Shown here: piece after piece, positions 60,101 through 64,000 of the stretch | How the letters are laid out: each line of letters starts with the position of its first letter | Position numbering within the stretch: the first letter of the stretch is position 1 | Source: Haliotis rubra | Taxonomy: Eukaryota | Assembly (NCBI RefSeq): GCF_003918875.1 | Contig: NW_025767515.1 | Location: forward strand, 62,001 to 126,000 | DNA length: 64,000 nucleotides | Direction: 5' to 3' | Made by a program: the position numbers and the translations under genes | The notes under the pieces: model-generated | Told to the model about the DNA's origin: nothing | Seen by the model: only the letters and a program-made list of their open reading frames with translations | The model's database searches: none

Positions 60101-60958
60101 CCATCTACCTACAGTAGAGCAACATAGAACCCAATCGATCAATGGTGAAGTGAGCCCCTATCCACCATCTACCTACAGTAGAGCAACATAGAACCCAATC
60201 GATCAATGGTGAAGTCAGCCCCTATCCACCATCTACCTACAGTAGAGCAACATAGAACCCAATCGATCAATGGTGAAGTCAGCCCCTATCCACAATCTAC
60301 CTACAGTAGAGCAACATAGAACCCAATCGATCAATGGTGAAGTGAGCCCCTATCCACAATCTACCTACAGTAAAGCAACATATAACCCAATCGATCAATG
60401 GTGAAGTGAGCCCCTATCCACCATCTACCTACAGTAGAGCAACATAGAACCCAATCGATCAATGGTGAAGTCAGCCCCTATCCACAATCTACCTACAGTA
60501 GAGCAACATATAACCCAATCGATCAATGGTGAAGTGAGCCCTATCCACCATCTACCTACAGTAGAGCAACATAGAACCCAATCGATCAATGGTGAAGTCA
60601 GCCCCTATCCACCATCTACCTACAGTAGAGCAACATAGAACCCAATCGATCAATGGTGAAGTGAGCCCCTATCCACAATCTACCTACAGTAGAGCAACAT
60701 AGAACCCAATCGATCAATGGTGAAGTCAGCCCCTATCCACCATCTACCTACAGTAGAGCAACATAGAACCCAATCGATCAATGGTGAAGTGAGCCCCTAT
60801 CCACCATCTACCTACAGTAGAGCAACATAGAACCCAATCGATCAATGGTGAAGTCAGCCCCTATCCACCATCTACCTACAGTAGAGCAACATAGAACCCA
60901 ATCGATCAATGGTGAAGTCAGCCCCTATCCACCATCTACAGTAGACTTTCTCCTTAGA
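57175..60958. repeat. 3.8-kb satellite, 63-64-bp unit, with about 1.1-kb higher-order repeat
   Basis: CCCTATCCACCATCTACCTACAGTAGAGCAACATAGAACCCAATCGATCAATGGTGAAGT[C/G]AGC; variant block recurs at 57354, 58451 and 59546. Confidence 0.97.
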
Positions 60959-63011
60959 CATGTTGATCATAGGTCAAATCATAGGTACTAATACCAAACC
61001 TCTTGTTGGGAGGAATAGGATAACTCATCTACTGAAAGGAATAGCTAAATCTTCAAGTGATCTACATTCAACATGTTGTGCGGAACTGCCATTAAGTGTA
61101 CTGAGTGCTGGTGCACTCATCTGACCACAATGTGCACTGATTGACCCTGATGCCCTGTGACCTGACCAATCACCTGCGTCAAACCATGCAGCAGAATCAT
61201 GGAGGCATTCCCAAACAGGTCCATCACATGTGTTGCTCTCCTTGAATTAACACCACAGTGGCAACAGGGTGTGATCAGATGTTGTTTGACGGACATGCCC
61301 CAGTTCCCTACTACTGCTACTACTACATGTATAGGTGTATCGGGATCGTTATCTCCCGGTCATGAATAAACCAGGATCTTAACCTAATGGGAATAACTCT
61401 GCCAATCTCGAAAACAGAGCTAAAAAATTCCACAAGCTCTGATGGCTTGTCCTGAAAACAGCGTGATTTGTAGATCCAACAAATGCAAAATCTATTGTCA
61501 TGAGTTATTGAACACACACGCTCTGGTGACTAGAATCGGTTCGATTGGTACCTGCAGCAATTGCATAATCTGCTGCCGTGGGTGACTCAACACACGAGAT
61601 CTGGAAGCTGGTCCTGGAATCAGCTTATTGTACATGCAATCGCTTCATGATGTACTGTCGTCAGTTATACAACCCGTGTGCATACAACTGGTTAGTATGG
61701 GATACATACCGTACAGAGTGACATGAATAGGTAATTTACAGGATCACCTGTTTACTGACATCAGATTGGTATTCAGACAAGACCTAACGACATGCTTTCA
61801 ACTCCGTGATTACACTAAACTATTAACTAATGCGCCGTGTTACCCTGGTAGCCATATATTATATACTTTATTTGGTTCATCGATAACATAAACCTCTGCT
61901 TGACTGAATGAGTGTGGTTTTACGCCGCTTCTTGGAATGTTCCAGCGTGACCACAGGCACCACAAGAACTGGGCCTCGCACGCACAGGGTTTGGGAATCG
62001 GAGAGGGCCTTCTGCGCAAACGCTTTAGTAGGCTCACGGACGACTGAGCAGATAAACAGGTGGTTTACACTGCCGACTTCACCTATAATTTGATTTTCCT
62101 TCATGGGAACTTCCAACAGTTGACAACGTAAGAAAATCCCAGACATTTGTCGAAAAGCTTGCTTGATCTGATGACACATGTCTATAGTGTGTCTCTGTGG
62201 TCTTGAAGGAACCCGTGAAGCACATCTGTGTGGAGCAAACATCATGCCAGCCTGCTGTCAGCGGGATACCAAGAGAAGTAAACTAAGGTATTCCCCTCCC
62301 TTTCCGCGTGGTTGAAGTTCAAAGCAGACCCGTATATAAACCTAAACCGAAAATCAGCAAATCAATAGTACACCAAACAATGAAATATTTCTGAAATTAT
62401 GGAAGTTCAATATACGATATTTTTGGCATACCAACAATGGGTAACCAGCTGGTTCCATGTCTCCCTCCGCCATGGTGCCTGAACTGTCATCTCATGGCGG
62501 AGATAGATTCGTTTCATGATGTGGGGCTTAACATGTGTGCCACAACATATGAAAGCCGAATGTAAAATGACATAAATAATTGTTGCCTCACTGTTTATTT
62601 CAAATAAACGCTTTCTCAAGAAGAAGCCTATTTATATCGATGTCCGAATATGTACGTAACATGGAACGCGATCTACTTGACAGGAACATTTACTTTCCAC
62701 TTTCATACAGCACCAAATGCCACCAAAGATATCCTCACCATCTTGCATGGAATATCACACCAGCTGTTGTTCCAGAAGAACGCAGGTCAACCTTTTCGAT
62801 TACATGTCTCATTCAATGTTACAATGTTACATTTGCTGTGTATACACCACTGAGGGGTATCCATAGTTTGAGAAAACACCGATATTATACGATATAATAA
62901 GGTGTTGTGTTGACAAAGGGCGTTAGACGTTAGATTGTGGACGCCGAGTTGAACGCTGTATCACTTTGGTAAGTATACGATTTGCCAGGTAAGTACAACC
63001 AGGTACCTACC

Positions 63012-63190
63012 AACCTGTCGTAAGAGGCGACAGAATGGGTCAGGTGATCGAGTTCGCTGACTGGTTTAATTGCATAGAGTTTTGCTCGTGATGTCTATCA
63101 CTGGATTGTCTAGCCCAGACACGATTCCTAACAGACCATCCTAAAAGCAGCAGGAAAGTTGCTTGCAGAGTTTTAAATCAAACAACTCAT
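63012..63190 (+). mobile_element. Degenerate family B SINE-like element
   Basis: TGTCGTAAGAGGCGAC...ATCACTGGATTGTCTAGCCCAGAC. Confidence 0.7.
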
Positions 63191-63228
63191 TAACAGCTAT
63201 ATATTTCGTGTTAATATAAAACACTCAC

Positions 63229-63814
63229 CTCAGTCTACACACGCACGTGTCGAACCTGATTCGTTTTCTGGATGATAAGATATGAACGATAACTCCTGGC
63301 CTGGTCATGTGATCAACATCAGTGAAAATACATCGGATCATTCTAAATAATATTAGTATTTATTGAGTGTTAGTATTTCCTTAATCTAACTTTGACATGT
63401 GCAGTTGAAATGTCTGAGATCAACTTGTAATAATATCAACATCATTTGAGAAAACAAGTTCCATACTATATACTTGTTGATACAAGTTGATCACAATATT
63501 TGCAACTAAATATGAATATAGACGATTTTTGTCTGCTTATAAACCTGATTTTGGAACGCCCTATCGCTGGCGCCCAGTCAAGTGAGAACCATACATACAG
63601 TATTTCCTCTATTGGACGCCCTGGTGGGTTTTTCCCTCATGTACCCTTTACCTCGACCTTTAATCGCAAAGATAATAATGAGTAAAATGACCTTGAAATA
63701 AAACCTACCTGGCGAATAATCGAGGGAAAACGATACATCATGAAGTTGCACTGATTTTGCAACCAGTGTGTGTACTAGAGCCATTGTGAATTGTCCCAGG
63801 TATGATGCAGGTAT
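63229..63814 (-). CDS. Two candidate 3' exons of an unidentified gene entering from the right edge
   Basis: 63709-63814 (ctgacag / GTAGGT; IPASYLGQFTMALVHTLVAKSVQLHDVSFSLDYSP) and 63229-63300 (ccag / GTGAGT; GQELSFISYHPENESGSTRACVD*). Phases are compatible, but no homology recognised. Confidence 0.3.
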
Positions 63815-64000
63815 CTGTCAGCAAAACAACGCTTTTCTTGTAATATCTATAATCTACTGATGTAGAAATTGAATTTCTTCCAAATTCAGCGCAATTTTGG
63901 CCTTTAAGTAATCCCCTGATGGTATAACACCACACAGAACTTACTACAGAGAGAATATCATTTGTTTTCGGGGAGTATTAATTCAAAACATTTTTTCTCC

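Noticed and set aside
57175-60958. CRISPR-like regular repeats (also 19057, 26358, 41070)
   Set aside because: Head-to-tail units with no unique spacers, no cas genes and a eukaryotic context.

Overview
Intron-rich, AT-rich animal genomic DNA. The SINE repertoire suggests a mollusc, probably a gastropod such as abalone (inference). I assembled five spliced genes by hand with GT-AG junctions and consistent phases. They are: the first 12 coding exons of NBAS (minus, running off the left edge), head-to-head with a complete PPCDC (plus); a two-exon 344-aa gene I cannot assign (plus); and a complete POLR2M/GRINL1A (minus), head-to-head with a complete SWEET1/SLC50A1 sugar transporter (plus). Two weak candidate exons of another minus-strand gene lie at the right edge. 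Much of the intronic and intergenic DNA is tandem arrays (24, 28, 21, 23, 64 and 174 bp units, two with clear higher-order structure). The rest includes tRNA- and 5S-derived SINEs, MITEs, an L2 fragment inside a Mutator-like element, and a Penelope remnant. The most interesting items are the orphan gene (duplicated FKKDSRxWLHK motif conserved at protein level, PxIxIT-like N-terminus, three clustered CRE sites upstream) and a U12-type minor intron in POLR2M. There are no CRISPR arrays or prokaryotic systems, and the long ORFs at 4.7-11.2 kb are satellite-derived.
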